From Octopus bimaculoides (Eukaryota): a stretch of 64,000 nucleotides of DNA. Positions 40,959 through 53,560 of the stretch are shown here, piece by piece. The notes beneath the pieces were generated by a model. It was not told where the DNA came from. It did no database searches and was given only the letters and a program-made list of their open reading frames with translations. The first letter of the stretch is position 1, and each line of letters starts with the position of its first letter. The position numbers and the translations under genes are program-made. The DNA is taken from the NCBI RefSeq assembly GCF_001194135.2, contig NC_068997.1:3521669-3585668 (forward strand), written 5' to 3'.

Positions 40959-41099
40959 ACGGAAGTCGTATCATCAAAGACGATCCACTTGCGATCATTG
41001 TAACTACTATTCAGTTTAAGTTTAATATGGTGTGGTGGTGTGATGAAGTGTGTTGTAGTTTGAGTTGATGGAGTGTACTTGTTGTTGTTGTTCTTCTTC

Positions 41100-41134
<35 letters not shown>

Positions 41135-41770
41135 GTTTAGCCTTAAGGTCAACCGTAAGTGTTCAGAATTAGAATCAAAAGTATTTACACCACGACACTC
41201 CCCATCTTATCTTAAGGAACAGTGCATCCCAGAATGCATCATCCAATATGTCCTTTCATTGAGACAGTAGGATGTGATCTGAAGAAGATTTGGTTTCTAT
41301 TTCTAGCAACGAGAATGTCTCCAGTGTGTGGTGTAGTCAAGTGTAGGGTAATGAGATATGATGGCATGATGTCGTTGTTGTTGTTGTTAAATCCAGGTCA
41401 ACCTAAATTTAGAAGGCTTATAGTTGAAACATTCCAGCCCTGGCCACTCCATCTTATATTTAGATAAAGTTAACCTACAACGACGTTAGCCACTTCTTCA
41501 GTGGTCGTGGTCGTAGTCATACTGCCGAGGTTGGTAATGTGTTATTTAAAGGACAACTGTCTCTCGTTTCGTCGTTATTCTTAACGTAATACTTTAATAC
41601 ATTACTCTCTTAAAGGGAAATAAGGTACTAGCTATTATGAGAACATTGCCCAAGAGGTACCGGCGCTTTATTGAAGAGATTATTTATATTGTTTCTTACT
41701 TGTGTCACACCACGGGAACAAAAATGAGAAGTAGTCTTCCAGAGTTTCGGAAACGTATTTTATTTATTTA

Positions 41771-42142
41771 TTTTACTCTTTTACTCTTTTACTTGTTTCA
41801 GTCTTTTGACTGTGGCCATGCTGGAGCACTAACTTTAGTCGAGCAAATCTACCCCAGGACTTATTCTTTAGAAGCCTAGTACTTATTCTATCGGTTTCTT
41901 TTGCCGAACCGCTAAGTTACGGGGACATAAACACACCAGCATCGGTTGTCAAGCGATGTTGGGGGGACAAACAGACACAGAAACACATACACACATACAT
42001 ATATATATATACATATACATATATACGACGGGCTTCTTTCAGTTTCCGTCTACCAAATCCACTCACAAGGCTTTGGTCGGCCCGAGGCTATAGTAGAAGA
42101 CACTTGCCCAAGATGCCACGTAGTGGGACTGAACCCGGGACC
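41771..42142 (-). mobile_element. SINE family B with an internal (TA/TG) microsatellite
   Basis: CTTGGGCAAGTGTCTTCT...GGATTTGGTAGACGGAAACTGAAAGAAGCCCGTCG core on the minus strand; also at 52330-52682 and 61946-62347. Confidence 0.85.
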
Positions 42143-42288
42143 ACATCTTTACTCATATATGTATATATGTTAACACCACCTCCTTCTCTTCTTGCCACCA
42201 GTCTTGGAGGCCATAAAACGGCCCCAATTTCTGTTTGCTCTGGACAAAACTATTAAGAAAATATCATGTGATTTTCTTTGTATTGTAG

Positions 42289-42420
42289 GTATCATCATCA
42301 TCGCCAATGGCATCGATTTCACCGTCCAGTTTGTAAATGATGAAAACTTCAACCAGTCTATGAAGTTTATGAAGCTGAAGAAACTGAAAAATGGAGGAAT
42401 TCAAGGAATATTCCAGAAAG
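42289..42420 (+). CDS. Exon: VWD domain (GIIIIANGIDFT...GIFQKG)
   Basis: tttgtattgtAG acceptor, G|GTCATT donor; 132 nt, phase 1 to 1; keeps the frame between flanking VWD exons. Confidence 0.8.
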
Positions 42421-43579
42421 GTCATTTATGTCGGTTATCATAATCGCTATCAACTTAAGCATCATCGTCATCATCGTCGTCGTCATCATCATTTCATCAA
42501 CAACTTCATCATTATCATCGTCGCTGCCATCATCATTGTCGTCATAATCCTTAGTATAAAACAAAATAATGAAATTATTATGGACGATGTAAAACATTTT
42601 AAGCACCAGTTTTGACATAAAACTAGAACTAATCCCAATTGAAAAACAAATCAGCTACAGTTTGCCTGTTATATAACTGTGTTAAGGAGTAGAAGACAGT
42701 ACGATACTCATTTCATCATTTGAAATGTTTCTCTTTATTTAAGACTATTAACTTGATTTCTGTAAGGAAATCCGTCAGTTATTTACCGCTAGCAGGATTG
42801 GTCATTATGCTAATGACCAACAAAACAATGTGCTCCACCTTGATTTGATTCTTGCCAACTACTCGCCTGGATATAAATTAGTGGTGGTGTTAAAATATCA
42901 AAAATAAGCTAAAACACCTAATCTGAGGTGGATTTGTACTCTGTTATGTAGTTGTTGATATAATTTCATATTAAGCGGTAGGTGCATGGTTCTAATATCG
43001 CCAGGGAGCTGAGAAATTTTCTTTTTTCTTTTTTCTTTTTCGTTCACAAATTGATGATTATGCCATCCAAGTATAATTTAGATTAAGCAGTCAATTCACG
43101 ATTATTATAAGAGCAGTGGATAGGCGGAATCGTTTAAATATCATATAAAATATCATTTTATCTAATACTTTAACTTATGGCCATTTAAGCTCTGAGTTCA
43201 AATACCGCTGAGGTCAACGTTGCCTTTCATTCATTCGGGGTACAGACCCAGCAAATTAATCGACTAACTCCTCCTTCGAAAATTGCCCTCCTTGAGACTA
43301 TACCAGAAACGGCTATTAGTCATATTTTTAGTATTATTGGGTACCGTAAACTATGTATTAGGACTTACTAGTGCCATAATCTAGGCAATAACAGCTCAAT
43401 TCTCTTTTCGTTGGTCCATCCTTTAAAGGCAGATGTTGTAAGTTTTATTTTCAGTTTTCAGAATTTGAAGAAGCCGTTGCAAATGAGAAGTCCATAACAT
43501 TTCAACAGATCAAAATTATTAACATCGTCATAACTTTTCATTGAATTTATATATATATCTTTATTTTTGTTTCTCTAAG

Positions 43580-43783
43580 GTTTAACCCTGAATATAAACC
43601 AAGCTAACGGAATACTGGACATAGGTGTAGCGTACCCACCCGAAATGCGTTCCGTAATGTTGACACGAGGTTTACTGGGTGTTGTAGATGGTAATCCTGA
43701 CAATGACTTCCAAGCTCCAGACGGCAGTGTGTTACCATCAAATGCCACAGAGAAAGATATATATAACCGTTTCGGTCTCCTTT
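43580..43783 (+). CDS. Exon: VWD domain (TRGLLGVVDGNPDNDFQAPDG...IYNRFGLLW)
   Basis: gtttctctaAG acceptor, T|GTAAGT donor; 204 nt, phase 1 to 1; T.GLLG..DG...NDF VWD motif. The split TGG (Trp) codon is completed by the next exon. Confidence 0.93.
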
Positions 43784-44155
43784 GTAAGTAGAGTTTTTTT
43801 TTTTTGTTTTGCTTTTTCTACAAAACATATATGTAGCGCGGCACTCCGACAAAAATGCATTGCCATACGAGATTACGACCCATTACATCCAGTATCGAAA
43901 GCCATCTGACAGCATCTTCGCTGTTTGTTCATACTGGTGTCAGTGTAACAGACTGTATCCTCCTTCAAACATGCAGCTGTGGCTCTAGCAACTCTGCTAA
44001 TAAATATGTGTACAGTCATAACGTTCTGCTTAATACACATATACGATTCTGTCAATAGATACGTATGCAGGGTTTTTGGTGCCAAAACGCCAAAACGACT
44101 CTGCTAAACCTTCTTGTACCCACACTAACGGTGTTATTTCTATTCTTTTCTTCAG

Positions 44156-44401
44156 GGAAAGCACAGAAACCGTGTTTTACTTATGCCGCTGGTAAAAATT
44201 CTTCCAGCTATAAACACGCCAACTTCACTCCGAGATTTATAAACAAGGAAGAACTCTTAAGTTTAAGTGATAACGAGGCGAAACGATTTTGTCGAAATAA
44301 CATCGAGTGCTTATATGACCTCTGGACAACAAACATCAAACAATTAGCCGAAAATACCAAAATAGTCAAACAAACTGCTGAAGCCAACACAGAATTTCGA
44401 G
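44156..44401 (+). CDS. Exon: post-VWD Cys region (CFTY...FTPRF...FCRNNIECLYDLWTT)
   Basis: cttttcttcAG acceptor, G|GTAAGA donor; 246 nt, phase 1 to 1; F.Y...F.P.F...C..N..C.YD...T resembles the segment after VWD in MUC4/SUSD2-type proteins. Confidence 0.88.
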
Positions 44402-44696
44402 GTAAGAAAACAAAACTCAAAATGGTTTTATTAACAGTTTTAAACACCCTTGTTATTAAAAGCAGATGCAAATACCCACTTCGTATACCTCCTGTGTCCC
44501 CATGGAATATTCAGAATGTGCAAGATAGAATAAAGAAAGGGTTGCTCCGACGTTTGACTAGTGCTCATTTTAACAAACCCTGAAAAAAAAAAAACGAAAA
44601 AAAAGAAAAAAATGAGAAGTAATGAACTCGGTAGAGCTCGAACTCAAAGCGTACAGTAGTAAATAAATATATTGGTGGAGATTTGGTTGCTATTTC

Positions 44697-45087
44697 GGCG
44701 GAATTCTGCTTTAAGTACACCATATAACTCCTCGTGACTTTTTTATTTTCAGAAAATTTTTGCGAATTTGTGTTTTAAACACGAGAATTCATACGATTAC
44801 GCAAAAACGCAAAAACCAAAAAGCACAGTGATTTAAGGGCTATTTAGCTGTTAATTTTAGCACATCTCACGATTACTCATACCCTCTTCATTTATTTGTC
44901 AGAATGACGTATTGATGTTTTTCATTAGCTTTCTCCCCATAAACACTTTTAATAATCTATTGCTGTGTTTAATCTAAAAATTCGAAATGTCCGTATTTTA
45001 AACTGGGATTTCAAAAATATTTCGAATTTTAAAAAAAATTATTTTAAAATTTAAATAATTATTATTATTTTTGTTTTTATTTTATTT

Positions 45088-45118
<31 letters not shown>

Positions 45119-45239
45119 TTCATTCATAGTCGTGTGAATTTCCGTGTGCGGTATACAAATTCGCAAAATTTTTCTGAAAATTCCAAAAAATATAAAAGTT
45201 ATGAGGAGTTATGTGGCGTGCTTAAAGCAGAATTCTACT
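44697..45239. mobile_element. MITE/foldback element with ~100-110-bp imperfect TIRs and a probable 8-bp TSD
   Basis: 44697-44799 is the reverse complement of 45127-45239 (GAATTCTGCTTTAAG...AACTCCTC...TTTTCAGAAAA...TGCGAATTTG). Flanks are GCTATTTC (44689-96) and GTTATTTC (45240-47). Confidence 0.85.
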
Positions 45240-46666
45240 GTTATTTCTAGCAGGTGTCATTCGTTAAAGCAGGCATAGGCTTCTATACTCGAGAATTTGA
45301 GTCGCATGAGCCATAGTTTATCAAGAGGCAGGTCGCACTACTGAAAATAAATTCAAGGTAATGTTTCTCTAGGTATACCATTTAGAAAGTCTTGCAGGTT
45401 GTTTAAATATAAAAAAAATTAATGTATGATTATGTTACCATATGGAGCTGTTAACAGACGATGTCTTGGAAACTGTATTCTGCAATGAAATACCATCCAT
45501 TCAGTCTGACACCAATATCATCTGAGTTATCGAGTTTATGTGGTCAATGTGACTGCTAGAAATAGCAGCCAAATCTCCATTCAATCACTTCAATTTTGAA
45601 AATGGATAACGTAGTTTTAAATATTCAGTACCCGGGAGTCTGAGTTTGATCGAGTAGTCATGGTTGAAGTTGCCTTTGATCATTTTTCAGCCCAGGCTGG
45701 ATTGTAATGGGATCAAGCAACAACAAAATAATCTAATTCTCTCGTATGATTCTACTGTCCTGGAAGAAAGAAATATTGGATAATTAAGTGTGAAATATAA
45801 AGATTGGAATATTCTCGGCTGAAATTTATTTTGACCATAAAGTTTGTCCAAATACCTTTCACATATTTTAAAGTTCAATTTTGCCAGGGGAAATCACTTA
45901 TATAAAAATTGAAAAGAATAGCTTCCCTTGAAATATTTTTTACTTTTTTTTCGTTACTTAATGTGGAGTTCTTTTTGATCAGTCCTGAGCGATCAACACG
46001 AAAAAACTAGGGGTTTATTTTAAGAACTTTGTGGATCAAGTTTCATTGCAAAAATAATCAATGCTTCAAGCTAGAGATATTATGAAATAAAATTTATCGA
46101 AGATAAAATTGGGGGAGACAAGGGTGTGTCTTACGGAAGTTTGTGTTGGATGCCACTTTGCGACACACTGGCCAAGTGGCTTCTGCTATCATCACACTTC
46201 GACCAATATGTATGTGGGCACGCACGCATGCGTGTGTGTGTGTGTGTTTGTGTGTGTGTGTAGATAGATGGGTATGTATATTTGTGTAGATCACCTTTGG
46301 ACTATCGAAATAACGGTAGGTCAAGCAAAAATATTAATAGTTAATTAGTCTATGGGAGCTGCTTCCTTTCCTTTTTTCTTTTCTTTTTCTTTTTTACTGT
46401 GAAACAGAACTTAGTAGTTCGATAAATGGATATCGATATTTTGTCGACATAATCGTTGAAAATCCTGTATGTTGGAGTCCCAGCATGGCTGCAGCCGAGT
46501 GGGTGGGATTCGATGCCAACCGCGAACGAGTATCGTTTAGTAACACCTACCAACCTTTTGCTTGGTAAGTGCTTCCATTCTCCGAACGTGTTTATATAGT
46601 TGTGAGTAGGCATAGACGCCTTCTCCTCTCTCCCACTCTCTGACCTAACGGTACATCCACGATGTG

Positions 46667-47050
46667 TTGTTGTTGGCACTCCGTCGCTTACGACGTCGAG
46701 GGTTCCAGTTGATCCGATCAACGGAACAGCCGGCTCGTGAAATTAACGTGCAAGTGGCAGAGCACTCCACAGACACGTGTACCCTTAACGTAGCTCTCGG
46801 GGATATTCAGCGTGACACAGTGTGACAAGGTTTACCCTTTGAATTACAGGCACAACAGAAACAGGAAGTAAGAATGAGAGAAAGTTGTGGTGGAAGAGTA
46901 CAACAGGGTTCACCACCATCCCCTGCCGGATCCTCGTGGAGTTTTAAGTGTTTTCCCTCAATAAACACGCACAACGTCCGGTCTGGGAATCGAAACCGCG
47001 ATCCTATGACCGTGAGTCCGCTGCCCTAACCACTGGGCCATTGCGCCTCC
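46667..47050 (-). mobile_element. Full-length SINE family A, minus strand, with a 14-bp TSD
   Basis: Flanked by ACATCCACGATGTG (46653-66) and ACATCCACGGTGTG (47057-70); (AAC)n tail. Confidence 0.92.
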
Positions 47051-47094
47051 ACGCTAACATCCACGGTGTGACAGAGAGACAAACACCGTGTGGC

Positions 47095-47260
47095 CTGCTC
47101 CGATACTAAGCTGGTATTCAGGTTTAGCTGAGTACATTGGAGCATTATGAAGTAAAGTGCCTTGCTCAGTGACAAAACGTACTGCCCGATCTACGAACCG
47201 AACCCACAGTGTTATGATAGTGAACTGATGATCCTGAAACACTAGGTCACGCATCTTCAC
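47095..47260 (-). mobile_element. Degenerate tRNA-SINE head plus core (GAGCAAGGCACTTTACTTC...GCTCCAATGTACTCAGCT)
   Basis: Similar to the head and core of the 38005 element. Confidence 0.55.
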
Positions 47261-47363
47261 TCAGGCGATAAAACAATTCACTCATAACAGACTAAATCTA
47301 TCAGCGTACCTTTCTCATTTCCTTTTCTTTTTCTTTTCTTTATTAATCTGTTATTTCTTATAG

Positions 47364-47571
47364 AAAATTCTCCGCCCCAAATCAAGAGTAAGAGAGTAAT
47401 GTACGCCAGTGTAGGGCTTTCTTCACGTCTGAATTTTACTGTGATCGATGACGACAACACTCAGGCATTTTTGGCAAAGCCCAGCAAGTCTCTGGAGATT
47501 TACCATGACAACCAGACCAATAAGGGATATGTGATATATACACCTGCCAGCACGGAACCTGTCAGCATTCA
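47364..47571 (+). CDS. Exon: linker, probable beta-sandwich (ENSPPQIKS...LNFTVIDDD...VIYTP...VSIQ)
   Basis: ttatttcttatAG acceptor, CA|GTAAGT donor; 208 nt, phase 1 to 2; the only candidate I found that reconciles phases between 44401 and 48296. Confidence 0.8.
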
Positions 47572-48295
47572 GTAAGTACAGCACATAACAGTGGCTTCCA
47601 TTATTTATTCATTATATATTTTTGTCTTTTTCTTTTGACATTATACATCTATAACAGATGCTTACTCGAGATGAATACCGCAGTTTAGAAGTCTTTCAAC
47701 AATATATCTGCTTTCAGTGTTATATGCAGATCACTGATTTAAATTCCTACTGCTTTCATCACCAACAACGAATTTTCATTTAGTCTCTCGGCAAAATGCA
47801 ACATCATTAAACTTTCAATCACAGTTTAACTATATTAGCTAGCAGCCAATTCTTATTGATAGCCCTTTTATAAATTTTATATATCGTCATATTTTTTATA
47901 TATGTTAATATTTTTTATATACTTTATATTTCTTTAAAATTTTTACAGCTTAATATATTTCTTTTTTTTATAATTTTACTTATTTACCTTATATTTAATA
48001 TTTAATTTTTCTTATCGTTATAAAATTCATGGTTTAAGACTTTGACCCCCGTAACCTTTATTCCATTATCCTTTCAAAGTTTTTTCTCTCTTAGTGCTAT
48101 GGTAATTAGTAACGGCTGGGTTGGCTGTCTTCCTTTTTTCCTTTATCCGCTCTTCACCATCCTTTGCTGCCCTATTGCGTCCCTGTGCCTTGTCTGGTAG
48201 TAGAGATGAAGCTTGTGAATGGGTTCCATCACAAATGACTTTGACAATGTGCTACATCAAGTTTTAAATAATGTATATCAATGTCTCTATTTCAG

Positions 48296-48450
48296 AATTG
48301 TTGTTAAAGACAGTAAGAATGCCGTGGCGCCAATCCAAGAGATCCAGGTTGTTCTCTGTCCTGGTTGTAAACATGGTAAATGTGACTTCCAGAACAATGC
48401 ACAAGAACTCTTCCACATTGTGGCATGTGACTGCGATATAGGTTACACAG
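48296..48450 (+). CDS. Exon: linker end plus first EGF-like module (CPGCKHGKC...CDCDIGYTG)
   Basis: ctctatttcAG acceptor, G|GTAAGA donor; 155 nt, phase 2 to 1. Confidence 0.9.
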
Positions 48451-48623
48451 GTAAGAATAAGTTGGTCAGTTACTGTTGGAGGAAAGTCATCAGAGATACT
48501 AGGTCAAAGATCAGTTGAAATCAGATAGGATTCATCGAAAGAAAAATGTTAGTAATCGCATAATATCTCATATTTAGACTTAGGTCGTCGATTCAAATGA
48601 AAAGATTGTGTGTGTGAGTATGT

Positions 48624-48661
<38 letters not shown>

Positions 48662-48953
48662 GTGTGTCTGTCTGTCTGTTTGAGTAATTATGTGTGCGTA
48701 TGCGTGTGTGTGTACGAATATGAGATAATGAAAAATATGTGTGTGCATAGAGGGAATAGTGTTTTTTAATTTTTTAATATGTATGTATGTTTGAGTGTGT
48801 GTGTATGTGTGTGGAAGTATATATANNNNNNNNNNNNNNNNNNNNNNNNNNNNNNNNNNNNNNNNNNNNNNNNNNNNNNNNNNNNNNNNNNNNNNNNNNN
48901 NNNNNNNNNNNNNNNNNNNNNNNNNNNNNNNNNNNNNNNNNNNNNNNNNNNNN

Positions 48954-48991
<38 letters not shown>

Positions 48992-49398
48992 GTGTGCGTG
49001 TATGTGTATGCGAGTGTACGTGTGTGTATTATATTCAGTTTTACTTGTATTTCTATTTTTTCCCACATTATCCAATATGGAAGTCATACTAGTTAATATA
49101 GTCCACTACGACCACAAAGAGAAAATATGTATGACAGAGTCATGGTTGGAATACATTAGATCACAGATCTGCTCTATCAGATCTGACCTGGGGTTAAAAA
49201 TCAAGAACTAGAATCATATAGATAAGATTAACTCGTCACCCAGTTTAACAATCCATAACTGTCCTTAGGGTGACTTTAGTACAGAACCCTCTATTGCAAG
49301 CATGTGTGTCTTTAAACACTCCCTACCGATGCTATCCTTCCTAGTTTGAATTAAAATTTAAGTAACAACAACAGCAGTGATTATGTGTGTATTTTCAG

Positions 49399-49557
49399 GT
49401 GAGGACTGTAATGTAGACTACGATGGCTGTGCATCGTCTCCCTGCCTTGGGGAAGCTCAGTGTATTGACGTTCCAGCAGAATTACAAACATCCAACGGTT
49501 TGACTTACCGCTGTAACTGTTCAGACGGTTATAGTTTATACAACGATAAATGTGTGG
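49399..49557 (+). CDS. Exon: EGF-like (EDCNVDYDGCASSPCLGEAQCID...YRCNCSDGY...KCV)
   Basis: gtattttcAG acceptor, G|GTGAGT donor; 159 nt, phase 1 to 1. Confidence 0.93.
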
Positions 49558-49783
49558 GTGAGTAACACGTCTCTGTACTCTGATGCTCTTACATATTCTC
49601 ATATACTCTGATATAGTATCTCTGCATACTACATTTCGATTATTAAAGAATATTCCAGAATGAATTATCTATAATATTTCAATAAAATCGAGTAGCTCTT
49701 AAAAAAAACAATGAAAGAATTTTATGCGTATAACTTAATTATGATACTAAAATAAACAGACTTATAAATCTTGTTTCAAAACC

Positions 49784-49950
49784 TTATTGGAAATTTTCAA
49801 CATGAGCTCCGGCTGTGTCCTTGCAAATTTCAAATCTTTTCTTAGCGTTGCGAAACACATTTTGAAGCATTTCAGGAGTCATCTCCCGCACTCCCAAATG
49901 AATGCGCTCTTCAAGTTGAATTAAACTTTTGCTCCATCCTGGGGATGGAT
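49784..49950 (-). mobile_element. Tc1/mariner-superfamily transposase C-terminal remnant
   Basis: Minus strand encodes QLEERIHLGVREMTPEMLQNVFRNAKKRFEICKDTAGAHVENFQ*, matching the typical ...L..RI......I..EML..V......R...C....G.H.E..* tail. An out-of-frame QDGA (second catalytic Asp motif) lies just upstream. Confidence 0.65.
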
Positions 49951-50379
49951 GTAGAGAAAATCATTGCAGCCAAATTGCAAAAACAAGCTGTAGTGGACAG
50001 ATTAACGGGATCTAATAGGGATGAAAATAAAGCAGTAAAAAAACTGTAAAATTATAAACGAAGTTGAACATTTATACACTTTTAACATATCAAATATAAA
50101 CATAAATAAAAGTGAGTTTTTTTTTTAATTATCCGATTTCACTGAAATAGATTGTTTATTCTGAGATAGCATGTAAGATAGGTATGTACATACATCAATG
50201 CCAGAATTGATGTGTATATACATCTATATCTACATATACATACATAAGTAGTGTGTGCGTGTGAGCGTGTATGTTTCTATGCGTATATATATATATATAT
50301 ATATATATATCTACCTATCTGTCTATCTACCTGACTGTATGTTTGTCTCTCCTTCCTCTCTCTCTCTCTCTCTCTCTCA

Positions 50380-50446
<67 letters not shown>

Positions 50447-50494
50447 CACACACAATGTAAATCAAGATGTCGACTAAGTGATTCTCAGTCATTC

Positions 50495-50528
<34 letters not shown>

Positions 50529-50666
50529 CATACATGTATACATACATGCACACACGCATACACACACACACATACATACACACATACATACTTGTTTACT
50601 TACTTCCTATATAGGTCCGTATAACAGTAATAAGTAATATAAATTTAAATATTTTATCTTTTACAG

Positions 50667-50786
50667 ATGTTGATGAGTGTGATAGAGGTAAATCAAAATG
50701 CCAGCAGATTTGTATTAACACTCTGGGAAGTTATCAATGCGCATGCAAATCGGGATATCAGCTTTCAAATGATGTTAACTGCTACG
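50667..50786 (+). CDS. Exon: calcium-binding EGF ([31 protein letters not shown])
   Basis: atcttttacAG acceptor, G|GTAGGT donor; 120 nt, phase 1 to 1; DVDEC...C.N..GSY.C consensus. Confidence 0.95.
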
Positions 50787-50939
50787 GTAGGTCATGGGTC
50801 CCTGTGGGTATGTGGTGCGTATGTCAATGTGTGTGCGGTTGTATGGTGTATATGTTAATGTTTGTGCGTATACATATATAAATATATATGTATACATGGA
50901 CATTATATCTATCTATCTATGTATCTATATAGCCATATA

Positions 50940-50975
<36 letters not shown>

Positions 50976-51832
50976 NNNNNNNNNNNNNNNNNNNNNNNNN
51001 NNNNNNNNNNNNNNNNNNNNNNNNNNNNNNNNNNNNNNNNNNNNNNNNNNNNNNNNNNNNNNNNNNNNNNNNNNNNNNNNNNNNNNNNNNNNNNNNNNNN
51101 NNNNNNNNNNNNNNNNNNNNNNNNNNNNNNNNNNNNNNNNNNNNNNNNNNNNNNNNNNNNNNNNNNNNNNNNNNNNNNNNNNNNNNNNNNNNNNNNNNNN
51201 NNNNNNNNNNNNNNNNNNNNNNNNNNNNNNNNNNNNNNNNNNNNNNNNNNNNNNNNNNNNNNNNNNNNNNNNNNNNNNNNNNNNNNNNNNNNNNNNNNNN
51301 NNNNNNNNNNNNNNNNNNNNNNNNNNNNNNNNNNNNNNNNNNNNNNNNNNNNNNNNNNNNNNNNNNNNNNNNNNNNNNNNNNNNNNNNNNNNNNNNNNNN
51401 NNNNNNNNNNNNNNNNNNNNNNNNNNNNNNNNNNNNNNNNNNNNNNNNNNNNNNNNNNNNNNNNNNNNNNNNNNNNNNNNNNNNNNNNNNNNNNNNNNNN
51501 NNNNNNNNNNNNNNNNNNNNNNNNNNNNNNNNNNNNNNNNNNNNNNNNNNNNNNNNNNNNNNNNNNNNNNNNNNNNNNNNNNNNNNNNNNNNNNNNNNNN
51601 NNNNNNNNNNNNNNNNNNNNNNNNNNNNNNNNNNNNNNNNNNNNNNNNNNNNNNNNNNNNNNNNNNNNNNNNNNNNNNNNNNNNNNNNNNNNNNNNNNNN
51701 NNNNNNNNNNNNNNNNNNNNNNNNNNNNNNNNNNNNNNNNNNNNNNNNNNNNNNNNNNNNNNNNNNNNNNNNNNNNNNNNNNNNNNNNNNNNNNNNNNNN
51801 NNNNNNNNNNNNNNNNNNNNNNNNNNNNNNNN

Positions 51833-51868
<36 letters not shown>

Positions 51869-52020
51869 CGCTCCTCGATAAAGATTTCGGTAAGTCCAAA
51901 TCATTTGATTAATTCTAAGCATTTTCTTATCTGCGGATTTTATCTTTTGACTCTACACATACGCGCCGTATACATATGTATGATGGCCGATAAATAAACA
52001 CTTTAAATTAAACGTTTCAG

Positions 52021-52146
52021 ATGTGGATGAATGTAGAAGCCCCGACAATGGCTGTCAACAGACTTGTGAGAACATTGAAGGAAGTTACCAATGTGGATGT
52101 TCCGAAGGTTATAAACTTGCTAAGGACCAGAAATCTTGTGAAAAAG
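52021..52146 (+). CDS. Exon: calcium-binding EGF ([31 protein letters not shown])
   Basis: aacgtttcAG acceptor, G|GTAAGA donor; 126 nt, phase 1 to 1. Confidence 0.95.
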
Positions 52147-52329
52147 GTAAGAGCAAATGATTTCACTCATTCACTCACTCACTGGTCTTCATGACTCCCC
52201 ACCACATTCAGCACTACCATCATCATCATTATCGTCGTCGTCGTTGTCGTCGCCACCACCATGAACACCGTCACAATCGTCATCATCATCATCATCATCG
52301 TTGTCGTCGTCGTTTTTGTTTACGTTTTC

Positions 52330-52682
52330 ATTGCTTCTCAAGCACACGGTTCCAGTTTCAGTCTCACTGCGTTGCACCTTCGGCAAGTGTCTTCTGCTAT
52401 AGTCGCGGGCCAGCTAATCCTTTGTGAATGGATTTAGTAGACGGAAACTGAAAGCAGTCCGCGTGCGTGTTTGTGTTTGTGAGATTACCGTTTGACAATC
52501 AGTGTTGGTATATTTATGTCCTCGCAACTTAGGTTTTCGGCAAAGAGATCGACAAGATAGGTACCAGGCTTTAAAAGAAGTACTAGTGTCGATTCATTCG
52601 ACTAAAAATTCTTCAAGGCGATGCTCCAACATGGCCGTAGTCTAATGATTGAAGCAAGTAAAAGGATACAAGATAAAAAGAT
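52330..52682 (+). mobile_element. SINE family B, degenerate
   Basis: GGCAAGTGTCTTCTGCTATAG...GGATTTAGTAGACGGAAACTGAAAG core; AAGATAAAA tail. Confidence 0.8.
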
Positions 52683-52906
52683 CAGCAGGAGCTCCGGCAT
52701 ATTCCCAAAGTGTGTGCAGTACTGTCTTTGAAGCGTATAAGTTTGTATTCATATACCTTGTTCAATTAAGGGTTTGATTTTTTGTTTCTTGCGTTACTTC
52801 AGGCTTTCGTCTATTTATTGTAGTTGTGTAGAGTATGTGTATTTTAGGTTGTGTTTTGCAATTCATTCAAAGCTGTTATTTCAACATCTTCTTTCTCTTG
52901 TTATAG

Positions 52907-53029
52907 TCGTGGATTATTGCACCGAACACAACTTGACCAATTGTTATGGTTGCAAATTTGAGGATGGACAGATAAAATGTTTTTGTCCAGCTGGATACGA
53001 ACTCGGCCACAACAATTTTTCGTGTGTTG
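52907..53029 (+). CDS. Exon: EGF-like, non-Ca-binding (VVDYCTEHNLTNCYGC...CFCPAGYELGHNNFSC)
   Basis: ctcttgttatAG acceptor, G|GTAAGT donor; 123 nt, phase 1 to 1; six Cys. Confidence 0.92.
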
Positions 53030-53437
53030 GTAAGTATTGTAATCTCTCTAAAAATACGATAAGTAAAGCGTGGGCAATGGTAAGTAATCATTATAGCTCA
53101 TTGGTCATTGATAAACAGTCTTTAAATTATCAGTGTTCAACGGTAAGTGGTCTTTAGAGGCGAAAGACCAACGAGAAGTGTTGTTTGTATTTCCCGGTTT
53201 AAGATGAGTTTTCCTTAAACGTAGTGGAGCTTGCTTGCTTACCTATGATAATGAATATCGCTTAGTGGTGACTTGGGATCATTGATGAATTAACACTTTC
53301 AATGTGGTCTTTGTAGATAGTGGTCTATATTAATCTCTATAGGTATGGTAATTATAGAATTTTTCTTTCTCAACTTTGTACTGATATCATATCTAACATT
53401 TGTATTGTCTTATTTTTGTATTATAATTAATCTTTAG

Positions 53438-53560
53438 ATATTGATGAGTGTGCCAGCCCAGTCCATCGATGTTCGCAGATCTGTCAGAACAAACCCGGGG
53501 GTTTCACCTGTCACTGTTATCCTGGTTACAAACTAAAACCTGATAAAGTCATCTGTGAAA
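53438..53560 (+). CDS. Exon: calcium-binding EGF (DIDECASPVHRCSQICQNKPGGFTCHCYPGY)
   Basis: taatctttAG acceptor, A|GTAAGT donor; 123 nt, phase 1 to 1. Confidence 0.95.
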
